From positions 160,001-224,000 of the forward strand of contig CAVSOU010000007.1 in the NCBI GenBank assembly GCA_963729625.1: a stretch of 64,000 nucleotides of DNA, in the 5' to 3' direction. Within the stretch, counting starts at the first letter, position 1. Every line of letters begins with the position of its first letter. The notes beneath the pieces are model-generated. The model made no database searches and was not told where the DNA came from. It saw only the letters and a list, made by a program, of their open reading frames with translations. The stretch comes from an uncultured bacterium (GTDB lineage: Bacteria > Chloroflexota > UBA5177 > JANWHV01). Position numbers and translations under genes: made by a program. Positions 36,535 to 45,611 of the stretch are shown here, one piece after another.

Positions 36535-37434
36535 GTGCGGTCGCGACACGTCCGGATAGAAGGACCTTTGAGCACACAACCACTGAGCAGAACAATTCGG
36601 GAATCTATTGCCAGGATGGTGGCCACGGGCGCCCCTCCGGTGCTGGACGCGCCGTTCAGCCCGGCAGGCTTTCGTATCGTGCTGGCTCGCAACCGTATTC
36701 GTGGCACTGACGATGCTCTCAGCATGTTCTCGATGCGCGCTCCCACGAGCGTGACACACTACATTTGGTCGAGCCAGGTCATATGTCCGGGCCTCTCCGA
36801 CGAGGACTCTGCCGTGTTCCGCGACGAGATTGAAGCGATCCTGTTTCGTTACCTCAATCCGCTCGACGTAGTGCATGGGCGCGAGAGAACTGTGTGGCTC
36901 CTCAGCGAGACGGAGCAAAGCCAGCTGGCACGCGTCATGGCACTGCCTCCGGAGGATGAGCTGGACTACATTTACATGGCCGGCCCCAGCGCTCAGTGGG
37001 CAGGGCCGGTGCGTGGACTTCACAAGACGATGGCAACACTCGTTCAGCTCCTGAGCAGGCATCCAGATTTTGTCACTGGCAAGGCGGTGTGCAGAATTCC
37101 TGTCAGTTTCATCTTTCTGGGCGATGCGCAAAGCCTCGAGCGCGTTCCTTCGGCAGGTATTAGCGTCGACGGGCGGACCGCGCCGATCCGCGGGGTCTTC
37201 GCGATCGACACAAGTAGCTACATGGATGCGCTTGTGCAGCTTGGCGAAGAAGAAGCACGCGACCTGGTGGCCGTGGAGTTCGCATTTTCCGGCACGTGCA
37301 TCCGCGCGCAAGGCCCCCTGGGCATTCCTATGTATCGCATCCCGCATGCAATCCACGCAGACGCCGTGCGCAGCATTACCATAGTAAATGGAAACCGCGT
37401 TACCTTTGAGGCGCCGGCCAGCCCGCCGGCGTGA
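36535..37434 (+). CDS. Hypothetical soluble protein (~300 aa)
   Basis: Long ORF with globular composition. TATAAT at 36513 and GGGGAG before GTG 36535; alternative TTG start at 36568. Confidence 0.75.
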   Translation: MRSRHVRIEGPLSTQPLSRTIRESIARMVATGAPPVLDAPFSPAGFRIVLARNRIRGTDDALSMFSMRAPTSVTHYIWSSQVICPGLSDEDSAVFRDEIEAILFRYLNPLDVVHGRERTVWLLSETEQSQLARVMALPPEDELDYIYMAGPSAQWAGPVRGLHKTMATLVQLLSRHPDFVTGKAVCRIPVSFIFLGDAQSLERVPSAGISVDGRTAPIRGVFAIDTSSYMDALVQLGEEEARDLVAVEFAFSGTCIRAQGPLGIPMYRIPHAIHADAVRSITIVNGNRVTFEAPASPPA

Positions 37435-37650
37435 CGGGGTGCTGTGGTCGCCGCGCGGGACAAGCGGCGCGCATCTGGGAAGCGCGGTGGCTCATGCTGG
37501 GGCAATGTGCGATATGTGCCGGCATGACCCTGCTGAAACAAATGCTTCTAGCCGATAGATCAGCTGTGGAAGCTGAAGCGATGCAGTGAAGTGGCCGGCG
37601 TTGGGGCTTTTGGAGGGCGGCTGGTGGTTTGCGAGGCGGATCGTAGTCAG

Positions 37651-40365
37651 ATGACAAGCGATCCCGGCAGCCGACTTACTGCGTTAAGCAGAATTGCGCT
37701 ACGCATTTGCGAACATCCAGATCTGCATGAGCTCTGTAGATTCGTGTACAGCCGAGTGCGCGATCAGATGCTGGTGGATTCGTTCTATGTCGCGCTGGCC
37801 GAACGGGAGTCCGAGGGTTTGCATGGGCTGCTGATCATAGACGATGGCAGAGAGTACCCTCCGCAGAGCCTGCATGTGCCGGCGCACGAGCGTGCCGCGG
37901 GGCCTGCCCCGGCGCTTCTGAGCCAGCTTCAACTCGAGCAACAAGTGACCTCAGGAGGCGGTAAACCCGCACGGAGCGGGATAAAGTGCGCAATGCGCGC
38001 CGGAGGCCGACCGCTTGGGCAGATCGCCGTTTTGTGCCGAGAGCCTGAGGCGTATACGCTCGACGATGCGCAGTTTCTTCAGGCTGTAGCCGATCAGCTC
38101 AGCACGGCGGTCGAGCGTGACCGGTACCAGGCAGAAGCCGAGACTCGTGAGGCAGAGCTGCAGAGGATATTGGACAGTGAGCATCGTACCCAGGACTCCA
38201 TGTCCATCGACTTCGCTCTTCGCGAGCTGGCTCGCGGGCTGCTGCGCGTGTCGGGCGCGGATGGAGTAATTGTCACGCTCTGGGATGACGCAACGGATGA
38301 AGGTATCCCCGCTGCCTATGCTGCTGCGCCCGGTGTGACGCTCCAGGGCTTGCTAAACGCGGTGCCGCGCCAGGCGATCCGGCTGACGATGGAGGAGCTT
38401 GATGCCGCTCCAGCTGTGATGCACGTCGCCGGAGGCGCCTCGACTTCACGATGGTCGTCCTCGGATGGCTGGTGCTCAGTGCTAACACTACCGCTGGTGG
38501 TCGAAAGCGACTGGCTCGGCATCGTGGAAGCAGGGAGCAAAGACCCTGGCTTCGAATTCACAGCGCAGGCGATTGCCACGTGCCGCGTCGTCCTCCAGCA
38601 GGCAGCCGTGGGCGTTTACCACGCAAGGGTTTCCGAGCACGCTGTCGAGCGCACCACGTCTCTGTCCGGCCTGACGAGCTTCGCGGAAGCATTGAGCAAT
38701 GCTCCGGATGACCTGGATGTCGTACTCCAGATCATCTGTGATGAGGCGCGCAAACTCCTTTCGATGAGCCACTCGTCGTTGTTTCTTCTCAGCGCGTCCG
38801 AGCAGATGCTCACACTCTGTGCTCGCAGCGGTGTCCCCGGCCCGCAGAATATCGGAGATCAGATACCCCTCGATCACGTGAACTCCGTCGCCGCCCGCGC
38901 CATCACGGAACGCCACATGATCGTTGAGACAGAGCTCAACAGGGACGCAACAGGAGCCGACCAGCCGCCACTCCCGGTCGCGCTTGACATAGGCCGAGCG
39001 AAGAGTGTGATTGTTGTGCCGCTTCGGCACAATGGGGTGAGTCTCGGCGCACTGCTGCTGTCCGATCGACGGCATCGTAACGGATTCCAGTCCGAGGAGA
39101 TTCGCCTTGCAACGGGGGTGGGGAGTCAGGCCGCCGCAGCTCTGGCACGGTCCCAGATCCGCGCCGCGGAGCAAGAGCGGCTCCAGATCGCCTCTGCGCT
39201 CGGACGAATCAGTGCCAGTATCGGAGCCGAGGACGACCCGACGGCAACATTCAATCTGATACTTCGCGAAGCGGACTCGCTGATTGGGTACGACCAGGCA
39301 GGGATCTATGTCTTCGACGAGTCGCATCTGACCGTGGCCGCGGCAGTGGGTACAACCCTGTCGAGAGTGCCGCAGAACGCTGCAACCTTGCGCCTGTGGA
39401 GAGAGCCGAACAACCTCGACCTCGCGGCGTGTATGCGCGATCCTGCCCTGATCCGTGCGTTCGGACCGGCCCGCTTCGCCGACCTGCTCAGCGTACCACT
39501 CCTGGTGGACGGCGCGGTCGCCGGGCGAGTGACGTTCGCGTCCACCCGCGCCGGCAGGTACGACGCGCACCAGATGCAGTTGGCCACGCTGCTTGCCGAA
39601 AGAACCGCACACCTCGTGACCGTCTTGCGGCTACGCGCGGCCCAAAAGGAGACAATGGCCAAGCTTGTTGAGCTCGACGACATGCGGCGCGATTTTGTGG
39701 CCACGGTCTCACACGAGCTCCGCACGCCACTTACAGGCATCCTGGGTTATGTCGAGCTCATGCTGAGCCGCTGGAACAGTCTTGATGACAGCCGGCGAAA
39801 GGAGATGCTGCTGCGTACGCAGAGCTCCGCGACCCGCCTCGAGCATCTCGTGAAGGACCTTCTGCTGTTCTCGAACGTCGAGCATCAGGCGCTCAGGCTA
39901 GAAATAGCCGGCTACGCGGTGGACACGTTGATCGAGCAGGCAGCTGACGTGGTGCGCACCAAATTCCGTGGCCAGGAGCTTGATATCAAGCATCCGGACG
40001 AAAGCGCATTGGTGCTGGTCGACGCGCAACGAGCAGTCCAGGTGGCAACGAACGTACTGGACAATGCGGTCAAGTACTCACCCGTAGGGAGCGTGGTCCA
40101 CGTCCGCTGGAAGATTCACAGACATGCCGTCGAGATCGTTGTTCGCGACCACGGCCCGGGCATTAGCGTCGAGAGCATGGATCGACTGTTCACTCGCTTC
40201 GGCACTCTCGGCCACCAGCCACGTCCCGGCCAGGTTGGCTCTGGTATCGGCCTTTACATCTGCAAGAAACTGGTTGAGGCGATGAACGGCAGGATTTGGG
40301 CCGTCAGCCAGCCTGGCCACGGCAGCTCGTTCCACTTCACTCTGCCGCGATTCTTCGACACCTAG
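37651..40365 (+). CDS. Multi-GAF (about four) sensor histidine kinase
   Basis: Repeated GAF segments, 'SHELRTPLTGI', 'NVLDNAVKYSP', 'DHGPGI', 'GSGIGL'. No TM segment. Confidence 0.92.
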   Translation: MTSDPGSRLTALSRIALRICEHPDLHELCRFVYSRVRDQMLVDSFYVALAERESEGLHGLLIIDDGREYPPQSLHVPAHERAAGPAPALLSQLQLEQQVTSGGGKPARSGIKCAMRAGGRPLGQIAVLCREPEAYTLDDAQFLQAVADQLSTAVERDRYQAEAETREAELQRILDSEHRTQDSMSIDFALRELARGLLRVSGADGVIVTLWDDATDEGIPAAYAAAPGVTLQGLLNAVPRQAIRLTMEELDAAPAVMHVAGGASTSRWSSSDGWCSVLTLPLVVESDWLGIVEAGSKDPGFEFTAQAIATCRVVLQQAAVGVYHARVSEHAVERTTSLSGLTSFAEALSNAPDDLDVVLQIICDEARKLLSMSHSSLFLLSASEQMLTLCARSGVPGPQNIGDQIPLDHVNSVAARAITERHMIVETELNRDATGADQPPLPVALDIGRAKSVIVVPLRHNGVSLGALLLSDRRHRNGFQSEEIRLATGVGSQAAAALARSQIRAAEQERLQIASALGRISASIGAEDDPTATFNLILREADSLIGYDQAGIYVFDESHLTVAAAVGTTLSRVPQNAATLRLWREPNNLDLAACMRDPALIRAFGPARFADLLSVPLLVDGAVAGRVTFASTRAGRYDAHQMQLATLLAERTAHLVTVLRLRAAQKETMAKLVELDDMRRDFVATVSHELRTPLTGILGYVELMLSRWNSLDDSRRKEMLLRTQSSATRLEHLVKDLLLFSNVEHQALRLEIAGYAVDTLIEQAADVVRTKFRGQELDIKHPDESALVLVDAQRAVQVATNVLDNAVKYSPVGSVVHVRWKIHRHAVEIVVRDHGPGISVESMDRLFTRFGTLGHQPRPGQVGSGIGLYICKKLVEAMNGRIWAVSQPGHGSSFHFTLPRFFDT

Positions 40366-40377
40366 CCGCCGCCTCAG

Positions 40378-41640
40378 CTACGCTGGGAAAGGAACGCCCA
40401 GTTCCTTGCTCAGCGTGCGCAACCCCTCCACTGTCTTGGTATCGAGCGGCACGCCGACGATTTTGTGGCGCTCCGTCGCTTCATCCTCGGGTTGACCCGC
40501 CACGAGCACACGATCGGCGCCAACCGCGGGTGGCGTTTCCTTGAGCTCATGAATGAGGTGATCCATCCGCTCTCGGAATTCGCTGGTCGGTAGTACCAGA
40601 TCGGGTCTGAACGCCATGAAGAAATGTCCGATGTTAGACGCCTGTTCCGTTCCCCAAAATCCCGCCAAATGCGGGCCGTAGCCGGCGCCCGACAGTATTC
40701 CGGACAGCACGTCGACGAGTATCGCCAGGTCATAGCCTTTGTGCCCGCCAAGGTCCCGGGTGCCGCCGAGCGGCATGGGCGCGCCACCGTCCAGCGCGGC
40801 TTTCGGATCGGTTGTGGGCTGCCCCTCTTTGTCCACTGCCCAACCGACCGGCATCGTCTTGCCCTGACGCGCGGCAACCTCTAGCTTGCCGCGAGGGACA
40901 ACGCTCGTCGCCATGTCGAGCACCCAAGGTCGCTCATCCTTGGCCGGCACGGCAACCGCGATCGGGTTCGTTCCGGTCATAATCTTCTTGCCGAAGGTCG
41001 GCATCACCAGTGGCGTCGTGTTGGTGAAGGCCCAGCCGACCATGTGGTATTTCAATGCCATCATCGCGTAATAGCCGGCAATACCAAAGTGATTGCTGTG
41101 GAATACCGTGGCGAGGCCGATGCCGGATTGTTGTGCCTTCTCAATTACCTTGGTCATGGTGAAAGAGCTCGCCACCTGGCCAAGGCCATTTCCGGCGTCG
41201 ACGCGAAGGCTAACCGGCGTCTCGTGCACAACCTCGACCTTCGGATGCACCTCAATCAAGCCGCCCCGGATGCGCTTAACGTACTGGTACAGACGCGCTA
41301 CGCCATGCGAGTCGACGCCGCGGAGATCGGCCGCCACCAGCACGTCGGCCGTCGTCCAGGCGTCCTGCGGAGGCACGTCGAGCGCGGTGAGCAGTTCGGC
41401 CACGAACGCGCGCAAGCGGTCAGCGTCGACGTACAGGGCCCCGCTGGTGTCGGCCACGCGCGCCGGAACTTGCAGGTCCGCGAGAAACGCGCGCAGCTTG
41501 GCGTCGTCCAACCGCCCCAGCACGTCATCCGGCTCTGAGACTTCCAGGCCGTTCAGGAGGTTTCCCACAGCTTTCCTGAGCTGTTCGGCGCCTATGAGAC
41601 CGTCGCCCTGCAGTTCCGCGCCGGCGGCATCCGTTGACAT
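40378..41640 (-). CDS. Ldh_2-family (malate/L-lactate/ureidoglycolate) oxidoreductase
   Basis: 'ADLRGVDSHG', 'HSNHFGIAGYY', 'GTNPIA', 'LDMATS', 'GHKGY'. Confidence 0.93.
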   Translation of the reverse strand: MSTDAAGAELQGDGLIGAEQLRKAVGNLLNGLEVSEPDDVLGRLDDAKLRAFLADLQVPARVADTSGALYVDADRLRAFVAELLTALDVPPQDAWTTADVLVAADLRGVDSHGVARLYQYVKRIRGGLIEVHPKVEVVHETPVSLRVDAGNGLGQVASSFTMTKVIEKAQQSGIGLATVFHSNHFGIAGYYAMMALKYHMVGWAFTNTTPLVMPTFGKKIMTGTNPIAVAVPAKDERPWVLDMATSVVPRGKLEVAARQGKTMPVGWAVDKEGQPTTDPKAALDGGAPMPLGGTRDLGGHKGYDLAILVDVLSGILSGAGYGPHLAGFWGTEQASNIGHFFMAFRPDLVLPTSEFRERMDHLIHELKETPPAVGADRVLVAGQPEDEATERHKIVGVPLDTKTVEGLRTLSKELGVPFPA

Positions 41641-41704
41641 ATCACGCGCACCTCTCACTGACACTTCAATTCCATCACCTGAAGCGTACCAGAAGCCCGA
41701 GCCA

Positions 41705-43414
41705 CTACCGCCGGCTAAACTGTCGCTCCAGCGCTGACGTGCTCAGCAAAATCATCGTTGGTCTTCCGTGCGGGCAGGTCCGCGGATGCGACGTAGTTTC
41801 CAGGCGCTGAACCAGGTAGCGCATCTCCTCCAGGGACAGCGGCTGGCCGGCTTTGACGGCTGCTTTGCAGGCCATTGTCGCCAAAAGACGATCTTGCTGT
41901 GCGCTTCGCTCCTTTCCGGACTCCAGATCGTCCAGCAACGCCGTGAGTGTCTCGGCCAGCGGAGCACCCTGCAGCATGGCCGGTACCGCACGCACAAGGC
42001 ACGTTGTGTCTCCGAACGGCTCGACATGAAAGCCGAACGACAGTAGCGTGTCTCCGCAAGCGAGAAGCGCGCCCATGCCTTGTGGCGTGAGGTCGATGAG
42101 AGCCGGATCCAGAAGCGGCTGCACGGCGATGCTTTGAGCTTCCATCTGACCGCTGAGCTCGTCGTAGAGAACGCGCTCGTGTGCCGCGTGCTGATCGACC
42201 ATGTAGACGCCGTCGGGGCCTTCGGCAATGATGAACAAGGCTCCGGCCTGGCCGAGTACTCGCAACGCGGGAAGAGTTCTCGACACGGGAGATAGCGTTT
42301 GGCCGGCCGGTGCGGCACTATCAGGCATTTCGAGCAAGGGAAGCTGTTCCGCATCGAGCCCCCCTTCCGATGCGTCCGCTGCCTTCAGGTTGCGCGGATC
42401 CGCGAATTCGGACATGATTGCGGAGTTGACCGTATGCCGGATTGCACCGAACACTTCGCGCTCATTCAGAAAGCGTACTTCAGCCTTGGCGGGATGGACG
42501 TTCACGTCGATCTGGGCTGGAGGGATCGTCAACATCACGACACACACCGGATGGCGACCGATCATGAGCATCGAATGGTACGCCTCTTCAAATGCAACAT
42601 TGAGGACCCGGTTTCGTACCCACCGGCCGTTGACAAAGAATGCCTGTTGGCCACGCGTCCCTCTGGTGTATCCGATCCTGCTCGCCAGTCCACGAACCCG
42701 AATCCCGTGCCTATCGCCGTCGAGATCCTTGAGCTGCTCGGCAAGGTCGACGTCGAAGATGCAGGACAGCACGTCGCGTACCGTGGCAGAGCCGGATGTC
42801 GAAAACACGGTGCGGCCGTCAACCGCGAGCGTCATTGCCACATGTGGGCTGGCAATGGCGTAGTGCGAGACAACCTGCTGCGCCGAACCTGCTTCGGCCT
42901 GCCGACCTTTGAGAAATTTGCGTCTCACGGGGAGGTTCGCGAACAGATCGCTCACCTCGACCGTTGTGCCCACAGGCAACCCGACCGCTCGCCTATCGAC
43001 GACGACCCCACCCGTCACCACAATCTGCGAGCCTGCCGGTTCGTCCGCGGCGCGAGTGCGCACACGCACGGTGGAGACTGCAGCTATGCTGGGAAGCGCC
43101 TCGCCACGAAAGCCCAAAGTCGCAATCGCCTCCAGATCCTCGATCGTGCTAAGCTTGCTCGTTGCGTGGCGCTGAAAGGCCAGCTCGAGATCGGCCGCAC
43201 GTATGCCACAGCCATTGTCTTGGATGCGAACGCGGTCCAGCCCACCGCCATCAAGGTCCACGCGCACGAACGATGCCCCGGCGTCCAGGGCGTTTTCCAG
43301 CAGCTCCTTGACAACAGAAGCGGGACGCTCGATCACTTCTCCGGCCGCAATCCGCGCAGCCACCTCAGGATCGAGCGTTCGAATACGTGGTTGAGACGGA
43401 ATTTGCTCGTTCAT
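41705..43414 (-). CDS. mutL: DNA mismatch repair endonuclease MutL
   Basis: 'IAAGEVIERPASVVKELLENALDAG', 'HATSK', 'GFRGEAL', 'DVNVHPAK', endonuclease 'DQHAAHERVLYD', 'ACK', 'CPHGRP'. Confidence 0.97.
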   Translation of the reverse strand: MNEQIPSQPRIRTLDPEVAARIAAGEVIERPASVVKELLENALDAGASFVRVDLDGGGLDRVRIQDNGCGIRAADLELAFQRHATSKLSTIEDLEAIATLGFRGEALPSIAAVSTVRVRTRAADEPAGSQIVVTGGVVVDRRAVGLPVGTTVEVSDLFANLPVRRKFLKGRQAEAGSAQQVVSHYAIASPHVAMTLAVDGRTVFSTSGSATVRDVLSCIFDVDLAEQLKDLDGDRHGIRVRGLASRIGYTRGTRGQQAFFVNGRWVRNRVLNVAFEEAYHSMLMIGRHPVCVVMLTIPPAQIDVNVHPAKAEVRFLNEREVFGAIRHTVNSAIMSEFADPRNLKAADASEGGLDAEQLPLLEMPDSAAPAGQTLSPVSRTLPALRVLGQAGALFIIAEGPDGVYMVDQHAAHERVLYDELSGQMEAQSIAVQPLLDPALIDLTPQGMGALLACGDTLLSFGFHVEPFGDTTCLVRAVPAMLQGAPLAETLTALLDDLESGKERSAQQDRLLATMACKAAVKAGQPLSLEEMRYLVQRLETTSHPRTCPHGRPTMILLSTSALERQFSRR

Positions 43415-43418
43415 GCCA

Positions 43419-44042
43419 CTAGCGATGAATCGCTCCATCGACGGCCGCTAGCGTCGCGCCTGCAGCACGCTCCGCGCGGGCGAGAAGGTCCTGCAGAGCC
43501 GCGGCAGTAGCCGACGTATAGGCGGCATCCTTGATTGCCGCCAGATTGATCCTGACGTTCAGAGAAGATGCGATGGCTCCCGCCTGTGCCGAAAGCGCGG
43601 CCGCGCCTGCGTCACTGATCACATTCCGGTTAGCCTCAGACGCGATGCGCTCGGCGAGCTCGAGCACGTCAACACCGACCTCAGTCGTGCGGAGCGGCAC
43701 GGAGGTAGCGGTCCTGAGTGCCGCCTGGATCCGCGTTGCACGAGTCGCTTTTTCCTCTTCACTGGCCTTAGGCAGGCCGTAGGCCGCGGCAACCTGCTCG
43801 AAGGCTGTGGTGTCTTCGTCACGAAGCCTGTCGGCGTCGTGACGAAGCCTGCCGGCCGCATCGCGGACCGCGATCATCAAGGGCTCGACAGACTTGTATT
43901 TTTCGCGGCCGATTGTCAGGTTGCAAACCATCTCCACCAATGCCGCGCCAGTCGAGACCAGCAGGGCCGCCGCGGCGCCGCCGCCGGGGGCAGGGGCCTC
44001 GGAAGCCAAGGCCTCCAGCCATTCGTTCACCGTTTCGCTCAT
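43419..44042 (-). CDS. Formiminotetrahydrofolate cyclodeaminase / methenyl-THF cyclohydrolase family protein
   Basis: 'LASEAPAPGGGAAAAL', 'MVCNLTIGREKY', 'D..AF..V..AY.LPK', 'N.ISD', 'NVRINL'. GAGGG before ATG 44042. Confidence 0.92.
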   Translation of the reverse strand: MSETVNEWLEALASEAPAPGGGAAAALLVSTGAALVEMVCNLTIGREKYKSVEPLMIAVRDAAGRLRHDADRLRDEDTTAFEQVAAAYGLPKASEEEKATRATRIQAALRTATSVPLRTTEVGVDVLELAERIASEANRNVISDAGAAALSAQAGAIASSLNVRINLAAIKDAAYTSATAAALQDLLARAERAAGATLAAVDGAIHR

Positions 44043-44376
44043 CTTACCCTCGCTATCCAATCCATTTAGTGGTGCATCCCCGAAGTCTGCGCCGCACGTG
44101 ATGCTCCGGGGCACCCGTCGCAACGGGCCGCCGCCAGGTGTGGGCTTTAGCCCGCTTTCCGCGCCCGATGATTGGCGGAAGATTTGCCGGACGTACCATC
44201 AAGACCCCACGTTGCCGCTTATCAGTATGCACGGTGGGCTGTCTGAATGGTAGCGAGGAACAATCCGCGCGGCGCAAGAACCCCTGCGGTGCGACGATCG
44301 CCGCGGCGACTCTTGCATATCCCGTGCGATCCAGTTCGCTATTGTTCCCGTCATGCCAGTTGCAAAGCACCCGGCC

Positions 44377-44790
44377 TCAATGGCCGAGGGTCAGCACGCT
44401 GTTGGCGCGCTCGTGCCAGTGAAATGTGACCAGGGCAAATTGCGAGGCGAGGGCCTTTACCTGCCCGTTGAGCGCGAGCATACCTTCATGCCGAACCTTG
44501 TATTCGTCGTTCAGCTGCCTGATCACGAGTTGGCTGTCGCCGAGCACCCGGACGCGGTACGCGCTCGGATCCTTTCCGGCATTGTGGAGCGTCTTCAGAA
44601 TATCAGCGAGGCCGTCAATCAGGGCACGATATTCCGCTTCATTGTTCGTAACGCCATCGCCGTATTCGCGCCTCTCGACGCGATAGCGATTATCGCAGGT
44701 TCGTATCTCGTAACTTCCGTATCCGAGCCCCGGATTCCCCTTCGAGCCGCCGTCAAACGTCAGTGTATAGTGGGATGTCGCGAACTGCAT
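44377..44790 (-). CDS. Ribonuclease HI-family protein
   Basis: 'TFDGGSKGNPG', 'TNNEAEY.ALI.GL', 'GDSQLVIRQL', 'WH.R.NS..LGH'. AGGAG before ATG 44790. Confidence 0.9.
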   Translation of the reverse strand: MQFATSHYTLTFDGGSKGNPGLGYGSYEIRTCDNRYRVERREYGDGVTNNEAEYRALIDGLADILKTLHNAGKDPSAYRVRVLGDSQLVIRQLNDEYKVRHEGMLALNGQVKALASQFALVTFHWHERANSVLTLGH

Positions 44791-44926
44791 CGCTCTCCTC
44801 TGGCTGGCCCTCATCGCCTGTTCCCTAGACAGGGTACAATTCCTGGTGCACCGATGTCGCAGGCCATCGCGAATGACCCTTGCAGCGGTTGACTTTTCGA
44901 AGGGGCACCTGTACGTTGACGGCGCC

Positions 44927-45490
44927 ATGACACAGAACCGATATGGTGTGCTGCTGAGCGTTATCCTGCTTGGGTTGCTTACAGCGGGCTTTTTCGTGGC
45001 TGCCAGGGCAGCGGTGAATAAGCTCAATACGAGCGTGGCAAGCGCAAATCCCACCACCACTTCAACTCCGATGGTGCTCGTGGCGGCTACATCCACGACG
45101 TCCAGCGGCCGCCCTAACGTGAAGGCGTCCGCGACACCAGCTCACTCCGGCGCTTCGCCGACCGTCACTGCGCTGCCACAGAGCGCGAATGTGGTCATCA
45201 ATAGCTCGTCAACGGACACGACGCATTCCAAGACGAGCTTGCCGTCGAGCACCTACCAGGTGTGGTGCCACGTGCTCGTTCCCGGGGTGGCCGCGGGGAC
45301 GCCGATCAAGTTCCGCTTCCAGCGAGTTGGCACTCCGGGTGATTATTGGGTGCAGCCGGAGTCGGTCGTATCGTCGGGCAATGAATCATATATCCTTGGT
45401 CCTCTGCAGACCGGCCAGTGGCGGTGCTTGGTCGAAATCGCACCGAGCGGCAAGTTGATCGGATCCACATCGTTTGCCATCAACCCGTAG
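44927..45490 (+). CDS. Membrane-anchored/secreted protein with Ser/Thr-rich linker and small Ig-like domain
   Basis: N-terminal TM, S/T/P-rich stretch, C-terminal 'VWC...GQWRC.VE...G..IG...F.I'. Confidence 0.75.
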   Translation: MTQNRYGVLLSVILLGLLTAGFFVAARAAVNKLNTSVASANPTTTSTPMVLVAATSTTSSGRPNVKASATPAHSGASPTVTALPQSANVVINSSSTDTTHSKTSLPSSTYQVWCHVLVPGVAAGTPIKFRFQRVGTPGDYWVQPESVVSSGNESYILGPLQTGQWRCLVEIAPSGKLIGSTSFAINP

Positions 45491-45611
45491 CGCGTGCTTT
45501 GGTCGGCTTGCTTGATCGCGCGCGTGATGCCCGTGCAGGGCGCATCGTCCAAGTGCGCCGGTAACGCCCGAGTGGGTCATCGCAGTACAGTTCCCGGCCT
45601 CCGACACTCGA

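Noticed and set aside
44045-44375. ZTP (pfl), THF or c-di-GMP riboswitch upstream of the cyclodeaminase
   Set aside because: The diagnostic CGCCUGGGC 3' element, THF consensus and GACGCAAA core are absent.
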